From a virus: 64,000 nucleotides of DNA. The notes under the pieces were generated by a model, which searched no databases, was not told the origin of the DNA, and worked only from the letters and a program-made list of their open reading frames with translations. A program made the position numbers and the translations under genes. The stretch is from positions 6,930 to 70,929 of IMG/VR virus record IMGVR_UViG_3300028895_000202. One strand, 5' to 3'. Shown here piece after piece: positions 36,331-45,402 of this stretch (the first letter of the stretch is position 1; each line of letters starts with the position of its first letter).

Positions 36331-38933
36331 AGAAGGGTTTCCTCGGCGGAGTTAGCAGGAGCGCCAAGGTCGCAGGAGTTTCGGCCTCAAGCGTCTTTGA
36401 ACGCAGTCACGGTTGGGCTGCTGTGGCGCACTTGTGCCAGAAGTACCCCTCGGAGCTACCGGGCCATACCCCCGACGGCAATGTGTCGGCGCTGGTCATC
36501 ACAGGGCTCCCCTCGGAGGAGTCGGCTGCGTCTGGCAGGTGTTACTCTCCGACGGATCTGCTCATGTTTGAGCGGCTAGCAGTCGCTGGGCGAATCAATC
36601 GTGGTTACGTCAACCGTATTGCGGTTGAGTCCATCTGCCCCGTTCGCCCAGATAGCGACAAGGTTACCAACAACACGAAGCCGTACCTGATCAAGGCGTA
36701 CTCGACTCATGTCGATGACATGGTCAGGAAGCACGCCCCAAACCTAGTCGTCCTCCTGGGGTCCGAGGTCGTCAAGGCTGTCCTTGGCGACGGGTCTGTG
36801 GAGAGCTACCGGGGCAAGCCGCTGCGTGCGTACCTAGGTGGTAGACCCGTGTGGGTATTCGTCGCACACTCCTCAGCCGAGATGGCTTCGATCTCTGCCG
36901 AGGGCAGGTTGGGCAAGGTAAACTCCGACGAGTGGATTCGTGTTCGCGAGCAGGACATCTGCCACATGATGTCCCCCGCGTTCATTGCCAAGCCTCCGAA
37001 AGCTGTCAGTGACGCTGAGGCCAAGCAATGTGGGCTCGCGTGTAGGTATACCGATGCTGGCCGCATCGTAGAGGTGCTGCGTACGTTTACCGAGTTCGTA
37101 GCCTTCGATATCGAGACGAACGGGCTCCGCCCATACAAGTCCGGGGCGAAGATCCTCTCGATCGCCATTTCCGATGGTGAGAGGACGGTGGCGTTCCCGA
37201 TCAACCACCCTGGGCATGAATGGTCACCGGCAGAGAAGCAGGCGATCGGCATCGCCATTCTGGACCTGTTCATGGACGACAGCATTCGGAAGGTGGCCCA
37301 CAACCTCCCCTTCGACCTGGAGTGGATGGCGTACTTCTTCGGACAGCAGATCCTGACTGGGGTGTATGGCGACACTCTTGGGCAGGCGTATTGCATCAAC
37401 CCGGGCCCACCTGGAGACGGTCCTTCGGGACTGTCCCTTGGTCAGCTGTGTCGCCAGTACTTTGGTTTCTCACTTAAGAGGCTCACGGAGGGGGCTGCGG
37501 AGGTCGGAAGACTGGAGTACGTCACCACGGACCAAGTCTGCGAGTACAACGCGCTTGACGCTTACTGGACCGCGAGGCTGCACGTCGAGCTTTGCAAGGC
37601 CCTTGATGAGGCTGGTCAGGATAAGGCCTACGAGATGCACATAGAGCGTATTCCGGCGCTCGTGCAGGCGCAGATCTTGGGCTTGCCCGTGAATCAGGAG
37701 ATTCGTGCTAGGCTGGCAAGGGAGGGCAGGGCCGAGATCGAGAAACTCCAAGAAGAGCTTTGTCAGATGGAGGAAGTCAAGGGTACTGGGCTCAACCCCA
37801 ACTCTCCCTCGACTGTAGGTGCCTTCATCGTCAATGTGCTGAAGGACGATCGAGTCATCGGAGAGGACGGCAAAGTTAGCACCCGACGTAACGTGCTTGA
37901 GGTCATTGCTGAAGATCACCGCAGCGTGAAGGCCATCCTCGACATCCGCAACCAGCACAAGCTGGTCAGTACCTTCGTGGACAGGTTCGATCCAAGACAC
38001 CCGAAGGCACTATGCTTCCCAGACGGCAAGGTTCATGGCATCTACAAGGTCTCGGGCACCCGCACGGGTCGTCTCTCGTCCTCTGACCCTAACTGTCAGA
38101 ACTTCCCCAAAAGAACAAACAAGCACATCCGCTCGCAGTTCTCGGCTCCAGAGGGCTGGGTGTGGCTGGCGTGCGACCTCGCGCAGATCGAGGCGCGTGT
38201 ATTGGCGATGGCGAGCCGAGATCCACGCTGGGTGCAGTCAATCAAGGACGGCATCGACGTACACTCACACTGGGCGAACAGGGCTGCGGAGATCAGCCCA
38301 GTGTGGGCTCAGATGGTTGAGCGCGACTTCAAGGGCGCAAGAACAACGGCTAAGAACGCATGGGTGTTCGCGTCCTTCTATGGGAGTAGCTTCAAGTCAG
38401 TAGCCCGCAACATGGGATTCGATCGGGAGGGCCCGCAGGTGATGCATGATGCCGAAGCCCTGTTCGCAGACTTCTGGCGCGAGTTCGCCGGGATCAAGTC
38501 GTGGCAAGAGGGGTCCTGGGAGACCTACAAGAAGACGGGGATGGTCAGGTCACTCACAGGTCGTCGTCGTCTGGCACCGTTGAGTTGGAACCAAGTGATC
38601 AACTCGGGCATCCAGGGAGCCGCGTCTGATATCTGCGTTGATGCGGCGGTTAGGCTCTGGCGTACTGGCGTTGAAACCGAGCAGATTTGGCTTACACCAC
38701 GTTGGATCATCCACGACGACCTCAGCATGATGGTTCCGCTTGATCGCGTAGGCTATGCCGCAAAGCTGCTAGTTGAGGCGCAGATCGGGTTCAGCGCCCC
38801 GTGGGTAAACGTGCCGATCGGGGCAGAACTTGAGGTCGGAACCGACTACAGTAAGATGGTCGCTGTCGGTGAATGGTTCACCGGAGACGACACCTCAGAC
38901 GTAGCAGAGAAGACACTAGCGGCACTCTCGTGA
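36327..38933 (+). CDS. polA: Family A DNA polymerase with N-terminal UDG-like domain and 3'-5' exonuclease
   Basis: PNLVVLLG...YRG (UDG family 4-like); FDIETNGL, HNLPFD, YNALD; TGRLSSSDPNCQN; DLAQIEAR; R..AK...F..FYG; IHDD. Confidence 0.92.
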   Translation: MKKGFLGGVSRSAKVAGVSASSVFERSHGWAAVAHLCQKYPSELPGHTPDGNVSALVITGLPSEESAASGRCYSPTDLLMFERLAVAGRINRGYVNRIAVESICPVRPDSDKVTNNTKPYLIKAYSTHVDDMVRKHAPNLVVLLGSEVVKAVLGDGSVESYRGKPLRAYLGGRPVWVFVAHSSAEMASISAEGRLGKVNSDEWIRVREQDICHMMSPAFIAKPPKAVSDAEAKQCGLACRYTDAGRIVEVLRTFTEFVAFDIETNGLRPYKSGAKILSIAISDGERTVAFPINHPGHEWSPAEKQAIGIAILDLFMDDSIRKVAHNLPFDLEWMAYFFGQQILTGVYGDTLGQAYCINPGPPGDGPSGLSLGQLCRQYFGFSLKRLTEGAAEVGRLEYVTTDQVCEYNALDAYWTARLHVELCKALDEAGQDKAYEMHIERIPALVQAQILGLPVNQEIRARLAREGRAEIEKLQEELCQMEEVKGTGLNPNSPSTVGAFIVNVLKDDRVIGEDGKVSTRRNVLEVIAEDHRSVKAILDIRNQHKLVSTFVDRFDPRHPKALCFPDGKVHGIYKVSGTRTGRLSSSDPNCQNFPKRTNKHIRSQFSAPEGWVWLACDLAQIEARVLAMASRDPRWVQSIKDGIDVHSHWANRAAEISPVWAQMVERDFKGARTTAKNAWVFASFYGSSFKSVARNMGFDREGPQVMHDAEALFADFWREFAGIKSWQEGSWETYKKTGMVRSLTGRRRLAPLSWNQVINSGIQGAASDICVDAAVRLWRTGVETEQIWLTPRWIIHDDLSMMVPLDRVGYAAKLLVEAQIGFSAPWVNVPIGAELEVGTDYSKMVAVGEWFTGDDTSDVAEKTLAALS

Positions 38934-39862
38934 GCCTCCACACAACCTACAGGCCGAACACCCTTGACGCGCTTGTCGGCGTCCCGTCGGCTGGCGTTGC
39001 CATTGAAACCCTGATCAAGAACCGTTGCGGCTCTCTGCTGCTAACCGGACCCCCTGGTACGGGCAAGACTACCGTGGCTAGACTCCTCGCCAAGGAGGTC
39101 GGCGCTACCGTAGGTTTGCATGAAATCTCAGGCTCTGAGCACACTGGTGTGGATGATGCTAGGGCACTTGTTGACCTAGCGAGGACGCGCCCCATCGGTG
39201 GTGGCCCCCGCGTTATCGTCGTCGATGAGGCCCACTACCTCTCCAAGAACGCCTGGAGTGCCCTTCTGAAGGCGCTCGAAGAGCCTCAGAGGGATGTGTA
39301 CTGGGCGATCGCCACCAGCGAGGCGGGGAAAGTCCCGAAGGCTATCGCAAGCCGCTGCCAGCATGTCAAGACAAGGCTGCTATCTCCAGCCGAGATGGCG
39401 ACCATTCTTGGCAGCGTCTGCGAGGCAGAGGGCATAAAGGTCAGCCAGGACGTCGGAACACTTTTGCTGCGTGAGGCCGGAGGTTCGCCACGCGAGGCAC
39501 TTGTCCTCCTAGACGCACTCGTCACCGGGGGAGCCCTGACTGACGCTACAGCTGCGGCGGGTATCATGGGCCAGGGGACCTGTGAGTCTGACCCCATGCG
39601 AGATCTCCTGGCGGCTTTCGCAAGGCCGCTGTCGATTGACGGGCTGGCGAAGGCCGTTCTTGATGCCGGTCTTGATCCTGAGGCCTGCCGCCGCGCCGTC
39701 GTGTCGATGCTTGCTGGAAAGGTAGCCAGAGGTTCTGCCAAGGATGAGCACATAGCTATCCTGCAAAGTTTCGGGACATCGATTGAGGCCGGAGCCGAGC
39801 CGTCGAGGCTTGTCGCGCTCCTGGCGTCGAACTACGAAAGGCTGTCCCGAAACACGGGATAA
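38930..39862 (+). CDS. dnaX: Clamp loader, DnaX gamma/tau-like AAA+
   Basis: YRP..L..LVG; GPPGTGKTT; DEAH.LSK.A..ALLK.LEEP; SRC; GSPREA. Confidence 0.88.
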   Translation: MSLHTTYRPNTLDALVGVPSAGVAIETLIKNRCGSLLLTGPPGTGKTTVARLLAKEVGATVGLHEISGSEHTGVDDARALVDLARTRPIGGGPRVIVVDEAHYLSKNAWSALLKALEEPQRDVYWAIATSEAGKVPKAIASRCQHVKTRLLSPAEMATILGSVCEAEGIKVSQDVGTLLLREAGGSPREALVLLDALVTGGALTDATAAAGIMGQGTCESDPMRDLLAAFARPLSIDGLAKAVLDAGLDPEACRRAVVSMLAGKVARGSAKDEHIAILQSFGTSIEAGAEPSRLVALLASNYERLSRNTG

Positions 39863-39953
39863 TGCCACACAAGTGCGCTACGGTTTGGTACACTGATGTT
39901 GCACCAGGGATAGAACTTCCAAGACGCGCACAGTCACAAGCCCCGATAATACA

Positions 39954-40367
39954 TTGCTTACAATCGAAGAAGCAGAGGAGTGCCTCGCCATCGACGTGGA
40001 TAACCTCGACGGCGAGCTTGCCCGACAGCCGCAACTCGTGTACTCAGTGGGAGAGGCCACAGCTAACGCCCTCGCCCTGTCAGATACTGCCAAGGACGCC
40101 GTCCGTTCGGCTGAGGCCGTGGCACAGCAGGAGGCTAGAGCAGTGCTGTCTGCCCGTAATGAGCGAGTCACGGAAGCGATGGTTTCGGCCCAGACGCAGC
40201 TGCAGCCGGTTCTGCTGTCCGCAAGGGAGGACTACGCTGTGGCTATCACGACCAGCCGTAAGTGGCAGGCCATGCAGGACGCCGTCCACAGCCGTGGTTT
40301 TGCGCTTCTGAAGCTGGCGGACATCGAGCTTCAGCATCAGAAGTCAATCGGAATGTCGTCCCGATGA
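39954..40367 (+). CDS. UvsY-like recombination mediator
   Basis: LAIDVDNLDGELARQPQL; helical; position next to SSB and RecA. Start uncertain. Confidence 0.55.
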   Translation: MLTIEEAEECLAIDVDNLDGELARQPQLVYSVGEATANALALSDTAKDAVRSAEAVAQQEARAVLSARNERVTEAMVSAQTQLQPVLLSAREDYAVAITTSRKWQAMQDAVHSRGFALLKLADIELQHQKSIGMSSR

Positions 40368-40462
40368 AGCTATTCAGGACAGCAGAGGAATCGTTGGAGA
40401 TCGTCGTCACAGTAGCAGCGATTGTTGTGGCACTGCTGGCTCTGATTGTAGCAATCAGTTAG
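40364..40462 (+). CDS. Small membrane peptide (32 aa)
   Basis: MKLFRTAEESLEIVVTVAAIVVALLALIVAIS; ATGA overlap. Confidence 0.5.
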   Translation: MKLFRTAEESLEIVVTVAAIVVALLALIVAIS

Positions 40463-40531
40463 AATAGAGAACAGCCGTACTCACTTCGGGTACGGCGTAC
40501 ACAACGACACCTAGCAAGTAAAGCATTAGTC

Positions 40532-41305
40532 ATGAGTTTCGAGTACAAGCCGTCTGATCCGAACATCGCCAGCCGTGCCGCCCAGGGTGGTACTGGCTCC
40601 CGCTTTGACAACGCCCTGGAAACCCCCATTGGCGTTTGGGTTCCTGCCGAGGGTAAGAACCGAGTCCGCATCCTCCCCCGCACCTGGGGTGACGACGAGG
40701 GCCCCGCACACTGGGGCTACGAGGTCGCGATCCACTACAGCATTGGGCCTGACAAGGGTTCTTTCCTCTGCAACCAGACGATGAAGGGTGAGAAGTGCCC
40801 TGTGTGCGAAGAGCGGGCACGTCTCAGTCGCCTTGGTGACGAGGAAGGTGCCAAGGAACTGCGCGTCAGCCGTGCCGTTGTCGTCTACATCGTTGACCGC
40901 GATAAGCCTCAGGACAGTCCGAAGCTGTGGAAGATGCCCATGTCCATCTTCCGCGACATCTGCGACCTGAGCTTCTCTGGTAACAGCGTTCTGGCGATTG
41001 ATCACCCCATCGAGGGGTTTGACATCGACTTCCGTCGTGCTGGTCAGGGTCTCATGACGAAGTACTCCGGCCTTCAGATTGCGCGTGACGCGAGCCCGGC
41101 CATGGACAGCCCTGACGAGCTGGAGCGCGTGCTCCGGGTTATCTCCGAGAACCCCGTCCCGAAGGCTTTCAACTGGAAGGACTACGACTACATCTCCCGC
41201 GTCTTCGGGGGCGCTGTTGAGCAGACTGAGCCGTATACCGGCCAGAACTCCGAGCCCAGCAACGACGCTTTTGCTGACGCCGTCAGCCGCGCCTTCGGGG
41301 GCTGA
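40532..41305 (+). CDS. T4 gp32-like single-stranded DNA-binding protein
   Basis: GKNRVRILP; H...C...CPVCE; DHPIEGFDI; TKY. Confidence 0.8.
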   Translation: MSFEYKPSDPNIASRAAQGGTGSRFDNALETPIGVWVPAEGKNRVRILPRTWGDDEGPAHWGYEVAIHYSIGPDKGSFLCNQTMKGEKCPVCEERARLSRLGDEEGAKELRVSRAVVVYIVDRDKPQDSPKLWKMPMSIFRDICDLSFSGNSVLAIDHPIEGFDIDFRRAGQGLMTKYSGLQIARDASPAMDSPDELERVLRVISENPVPKAFNWKDYDYISRVFGGAVEQTEPYTGQNSEPSNDAFADAVSRAFGG

Positions 41306-41310
41306 GCTAG

Positions 41311-42339
41311 ATGGCGGCCAAGGCAAAGGCCGCAGCTAAGGAGAGCGTCCCGTCCATCTACGGGACGCTCTCTCCTCGCTGCGAGGAGGTTATCCCCACT
41401 GGCTGTACGATGCTTGACTGCGTCATCGGCGGTGGGTGGCCTGTTGGCAGGATGTCGAATCTGGTTGGCAACAAGTCCAGCGGTAAGACTCTCCTGGCTA
41501 TCGAGGCTGCAACGAACTTCATGGAGAAGTACCCAGACGGGCGCGTTATCTACTTCGAGGCGGAATCCGCTTTCGATTCGGAATACGCAGCAAGTCTTGG
41601 GCTGCCCCTTGAGAGCGTCGCGTTCCCCTCTGTGAACACCGTCGAGGACGTGTTTGACGCGATGCAGCCCCTGTACGAGGAGAAGGTTCCGACATTCGTC
41701 GTGATCGACTCCCTTGACAGCCTATCTGACGAGGCTGAGGCGGACAGGGACATCCGTGCGGGTACTTATGGTGCCACCAAGCAGAAGAAGCTCTCCGAGC
41801 TTTTCCGCCGTGATGTACGTAAGATGACCAAGAGCAACGTCACCCTGCTGATCGTCTCGCAAATCAGGGACAACATCGGGGTGTCGTTTGGCGACAAGCA
41901 CACACGTTCAGGCGGGAAGTCGATCGACTTCTATGCTTCGACTATCGTGTGGCTCGCGCACATTGGCAAGATCAAGCGTACAATCCGTGGCATCGACAGG
42001 ACTGTCGGCGTGAAGGTCAAGGCATCAGTCAAGAAGAACAAGGTTGCAGCGCCCTTCCGTGACGCGGAGTACGAGTTGTACTTCGGCTATGGTACGGAGG
42101 AGCTAACGTCTTGCGCGAAGTGGCTGAAGAAGACTCTGAAGGATTCCGAGGTCAAGGTTCTCGACGAGAAGCTACCTGAGGGCGTTGATCTCAAGTACCT
42201 CTGCACGGGCTTCAACGCCTACGATCTCGAAGCGGATAGCTACGCGGCTGCGATGGAGGTTGTAAAACCGTTCACGATAAGCTGCTGGAACGCTATCGAG
42301 GACACGTTCGCCCCTAAACGTAAGAAGTACCGGGGCTAA
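41311..42339 (+). CDS. recA: RecA/UvsX recombinase
   Basis: IPTG...LD..IGGGWPVGR; GNKSSGKT; VIDSL; SQIR; GGKSIDFYAS; KNKVAAPFR. Confidence 0.93.
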   Translation: MAAKAKAAAKESVPSIYGTLSPRCEEVIPTGCTMLDCVIGGGWPVGRMSNLVGNKSSGKTLLAIEAATNFMEKYPDGRVIYFEAESAFDSEYAASLGLPLESVAFPSVNTVEDVFDAMQPLYEEKVPTFVVIDSLDSLSDEAEADRDIRAGTYGATKQKKLSELFRRDVRKMTKSNVTLLIVSQIRDNIGVSFGDKHTRSGGKSIDFYASTIVWLAHIGKIKRTIRGIDRTVGVKVKASVKKNKVAAPFRDAEYELYFGYGTEELTSCAKWLKKTLKDSEVKVLDEKLPEGVDLKYLCTGFNAYDLEADSYAAAMEVVKPFTISCWNAIEDTFAPKRKKYRG

Positions 42340-42349
42340 GTTCGGGGAT

Positions 42350-42402
42350 GGGGGCGGCTCTATTAACCAACATGTCGTCGGGTAGAGTCGCCCCCTCTTT
42401 CT
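42350..42402 (+). terminator. Intrinsic terminator after recA
   Basis: GGGGGCGGCTCTA...TAGAGTCGCCCCC followed by TCTTTCT. Confidence 0.55.
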
Positions 42403-42413
42403 AAAGTAGAACA

Positions 42414-42722
42414 ATGGCACTGAAGAAAGCGGCCAAGGCATTCAGAGAGAAGTATGGTGAGGTTCTTGGTAGGCGTCTCGATACGGCGCAGTACATCAAG
42501 CACCCGCGCCGACTTCTCAACGTCGTGTGGGGTAGGTCCAGGAAGGTGGCGATTGAGGCCATGTGCCTCTCGTGCCTTGGCGAGCACCAACTGACGAAGG
42601 TTGCCGAATGCACTTGCGATACATGCCCGCTCTGGTGCGTGCGTCCTGGAGCCAAGCCCGGCGATAGGCCTTCCTGGGCCCCGGACAAGCAGGATGTCAT
42701 TGATGCGCTGGAGGGGGAGTGA
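42414..42722 (+). CDS. Cys-rich (Zn-binding) phage protein
   Basis: AI...CLSC...C...CPLW..RP. Confidence 0.6.
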   Translation: MALKKAAKAFREKYGEVLGRRLDTAQYIKHPRRLLNVVWGRSRKVAIEAMCLSCLGEHQLTKVAECTCDTCPLWCVRPGAKPGDRPSWAPDKQDVIDALEGE

Positions 42723-43213
42723 TGCGGTTCTATTTCGATCCGGGCGATATCTCCATGCTCCCTACCGGTGGCTTCGTTGGTGTGGATCCAGGCCGCTCAT
42801 CCGGTGGTATTGCGTATATCGGGCCTGGGGATGCGCCCAAGCTGGGCTGGTGTCGCAAGATCTCGGACATGACCGACCAAGACCTGTGGCACGTCTTCGC
42901 GGCTGTCGGTAGGCTACAGCCCTCTCACGCGGTGCTTGAGAAGGTGTCTGCCATGCCTGGGCAAGGCGTGTCAAGCACGTTCAAGTTTGGGGCTAGCTTT
43001 GGCGAGTTGAAGATGGCCCTTACAGCGATTGGCGTCCCGTTCACGCTGGTTACCCCCGCCACATGGCAGAAAAGCATGAAATGCCTCTCGAAGGGGGACA
43101 AGAACGTGACTAAGAGTAGGGCACAGCAGCTGTATCCGAAGGCTAACGTGACACACGCCACAGCCGACGCTCTGCTGATTGCCACCTACGCTAAGACCCT
43201 ACACTACATCTGA
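42719..43213 (+). CDS. ruvC: RuvC-like Holliday junction resolvase
   Basis: GVDPG; EKV.AMPGQGVSSTFKFG; VTPATWQK; ADALLIA. Confidence 0.85.
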   Translation: MMRFYFDPGDISMLPTGGFVGVDPGRSSGGIAYIGPGDAPKLGWCRKISDMTDQDLWHVFAAVGRLQPSHAVLEKVSAMPGQGVSSTFKFGASFGELKMALTAIGVPFTLVTPATWQKSMKCLSKGDKNVTKSRAQQLYPKANVTHATADALLIATYAKTLHYI

Positions 43214-43218
43214 TACCC

Positions 43219-43617
43219 ATGAACTTCGACGAGTACCAGAAACTAGCGATCGAGACAGCCTCCCCAGCCAACAACGCTACCATGCAGGTGGCCGACTTCT
43301 ACGTCTACCCTGGTTCTGAGGTAGCGAAGTCAGATATGGCAGGCGTGCTTCGTATGCACTATGGCGCGATGGGGCTGTGCTCTGAGGCAGGCGAAGTTGC
43401 TGGCAAAGTCAAGAAGATCATGCGTGATGACCTCTGTAATCCAGACGCGAAAACCGTGGATGCTCTAGCTTCTGAGGTTGGCGACGTGCTTTGGTACGTC
43501 GCGTATATCTGCGACGTTATTGGAATTGACATGAGCGAGGTTGCGAGCCGCAACCTCTTCAAGCTGCGGCAGCGCGCCTCGCGTGGCACGCTGACCGGCA
43601 GCGGGGATCAGAGGTAG
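43219..43617 (+). CDS. mazG: MazG-like nucleotide pyrophosphohydrolase
   Basis: MNFDEYQK; GL.SEAGEV; EVGDVLWY; N..KL..R..RG...GSGD.R. Confidence 0.88.
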   Translation: MNFDEYQKLAIETASPANNATMQVADFYVYPGSEVAKSDMAGVLRMHYGAMGLCSEAGEVAGKVKKIMRDDLCNPDAKTVDALASEVGDVLWYVAYICDVIGIDMSEVASRNLFKLRQRASRGTLTGSGDQR

Positions 43618-43618
43618 A

Positions 43619-43975
43619 GTGCTGAGGATCGCAAGGAAGCTGGCCGAGAGGGCCGAGTCCAGGTTCAAGCATGGAGCTGTGATCGCGAAGGGAAACCGGG
43701 TGCTTGGCTGCGGCATCTGCGACAGCACCAAGACGCACCCGAGGTGGGGGTCTGGCCCTATCTGCTCCATCCACGCAGAGGCTGCTGCCATCCGCGATGC
43801 ACTTAGCCGTGGAATCGACATTGCGAGGGCTACGATCTACGTTGCCAGACACGGTCGATGCAGCCACATCTCCCGCCCGTGCCCGGACTGCATGGAACTC
43901 ATCATTTCACATAACCTAAAGGCTGTCGTGTACACTACTGCTGATGGCGGCCACAAGATGGAGAAGCTACGATGA
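43619..43975 (+). CDS. Cytidine/deoxycytidylate deaminase-fold protein
   Basis: HGAVI; IHAE; SRPCPDC. Confidence 0.8.
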   Translation: MLRIARKLAERAESRFKHGAVIAKGNRVLGCGICDSTKTHPRWGSGPICSIHAEAAAIRDALSRGIDIARATIYVARHGRCSHISRPCPDCMELIISHNLKAVVYTTADGGHKMEKLR

Positions 43976-44232
43976 CTGAAGAAACCCTACCCGATGGCGT
44001 CCAGGAGGTGCCTGTCGTTGACGACCTGACCCCCGAGCAGGAGGCTGAGCAGACTATTCGTAGCCACAAGGCCGCGTTCTACGAGGGCTTCGAGGTCGGC
44101 AGGAACGCCGTTCGGAATAGCGTCGTAACCAACGCTGAGACTTCGTGGCAGGAGTCGCAGATCTACAAGGTTATCCAGGGGGCTGTTGATGTGTACCTTC
44201 AGCACATGAGGGAGAAGGAGGGCTCCGAGTAA
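43972..44232 (+). CDS. Hypothetical protein
   Basis: Coupled ORF. Confidence 0.55.
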   Translation: MTEETLPDGVQEVPVVDDLTPEQEAEQTIRSHKAAFYEGFEVGRNAVRNSVVTNAETSWQESQIYKVIQGAVDVYLQHMREKEGSE

Positions 44233-45239
44233 TGATCGTTGTAATCAGCGATCTACACCTGACTGCCCAGCCACTCGATGAGTACCGCTGGGCAGTCATG
44301 TACCGTCTCCGAGACGAGGTCAACGCACGCGACGACGTTGACGAAGTGTGGTGCCTCGGAGACATCACAGACGCCAAGGACAAGCACCCATCCGCGCTGG
44401 TAAACCGGCTTGTGGGCTGGGTACTGTCGTTTGACGTTCCAGTGCGTATCCTGAAGGGTAACCACGACTACATCAACGGCGAGATGCCGTTCTTCAAGTT
44501 CCTCGATAGTTTTGAGGATATCTACTACTACACAGAGCCGACCCTGGAGGACACTCCGGCTGGCCGCGTCCTGTGGCTACCTCACACGAGGACGGCTGTA
44601 GAGGACTGGGCCAAGCAGAGCCTAAAGGGCGTGGACATTGTCCTGACGCACCAGAGCTACGACGGGGCCATGGCCGCAAACGGCTTCAAGCTGGAGTCGA
44701 AGCTGACGCCGCGCTACTTCAGTAAGCGAGGCTTCAATGGGGTCGTGCTGTCCGGCGACATTCACACGCCGCAGGCTATCGGTGATGTCACCTACGTCGG
44801 AACTCAATACCCGGTGGTCTTCGGGGATACGTATTCCCCGCGATACCTTGAGGTGCATGGCTCTGGTAGTGATGTCGAGGTTCGGCCAGTGCCCGTGGAT
44901 TCGATCAGGAAGATGGTCGTACAGATGACGACGCTTGAGGATCTACCCAAGCTAAGGGCTGGCGACCAGATCAAGGTCGTCTACAACCTCGAAAGGTCGG
45001 AGATCGGACGCTGGGACGAGATCTGCAACGATGTTCGTACGTGCGTCGAGTTCGCAGGTGCCGTGCTTCGCGGGATGGAGTGTAAGTTCACCGACGTGAA
45101 CCACAAGCAGGGTACGGCCCATCGATACTCTAAGGACGCCAAGTCAAGCAGCGACATCGTGCGTTCCTTCATCATGAGCGTTGGTCTTGGGCAAGAGGAC
45201 GAGCGATACGCTCTCAAGTTCACCAATGACAAGGGATGA
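44232..45239 (+). CDS. sbcD: SbcD/Mre11 (gp47-like) nuclease
   Basis: SDLH; LGD; GNHD; THQ; SGDIH; upstream of an SMC ATPase. Confidence 0.88.
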   Translation: MIVVISDLHLTAQPLDEYRWAVMYRLRDEVNARDDVDEVWCLGDITDAKDKHPSALVNRLVGWVLSFDVPVRILKGNHDYINGEMPFFKFLDSFEDIYYYTEPTLEDTPAGRVLWLPHTRTAVEDWAKQSLKGVDIVLTHQSYDGAMAANGFKLESKLTPRYFSKRGFNGVVLSGDIHTPQAIGDVTYVGTQYPVVFGDTYSPRYLEVHGSGSDVEVRPVPVDSIRKMVVQMTTLEDLPKLRAGDQIKVVYNLERSEIGRWDEICNDVRTCVEFAGAVLRGMECKFTDVNHKQGTAHRYSKDAKSSSDIVRSFIMSVGLGQEDERYALKFTNDKG

Positions 45240-45402
45240 GGCTATAAAGTCGGCGCAGCAGGCACTAGATGCGTGTGGTGAGCTTGTGCCTGCAATGCAG
45301 AAGTTTAGGCGTAAACTTGTAGGCGCTGGATTCACGACTGACGAGATCGCCCACATCATGGGCGTGGTTATCCTGCAGATCATGACACCACGATGCGACT
45401 GA
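45226..45402 (+). CDS. Small hypothetical protein
   Basis: MTRDEAIK...; fills the gap between sbcD and sbcC. Confidence 0.45.
   Translation: MTRDEAIKSAQQALDACGELVPAMQKFRRKLVGAGFTTDEIAHIMGVVILQIMTPRCD

Noticed and set aside
39862-40311. 149-aa ORF after the clamp loader
   Set aside because: Overlaps the better-supported UvsY-like ORF in another frame, and its composition is not protein-like.
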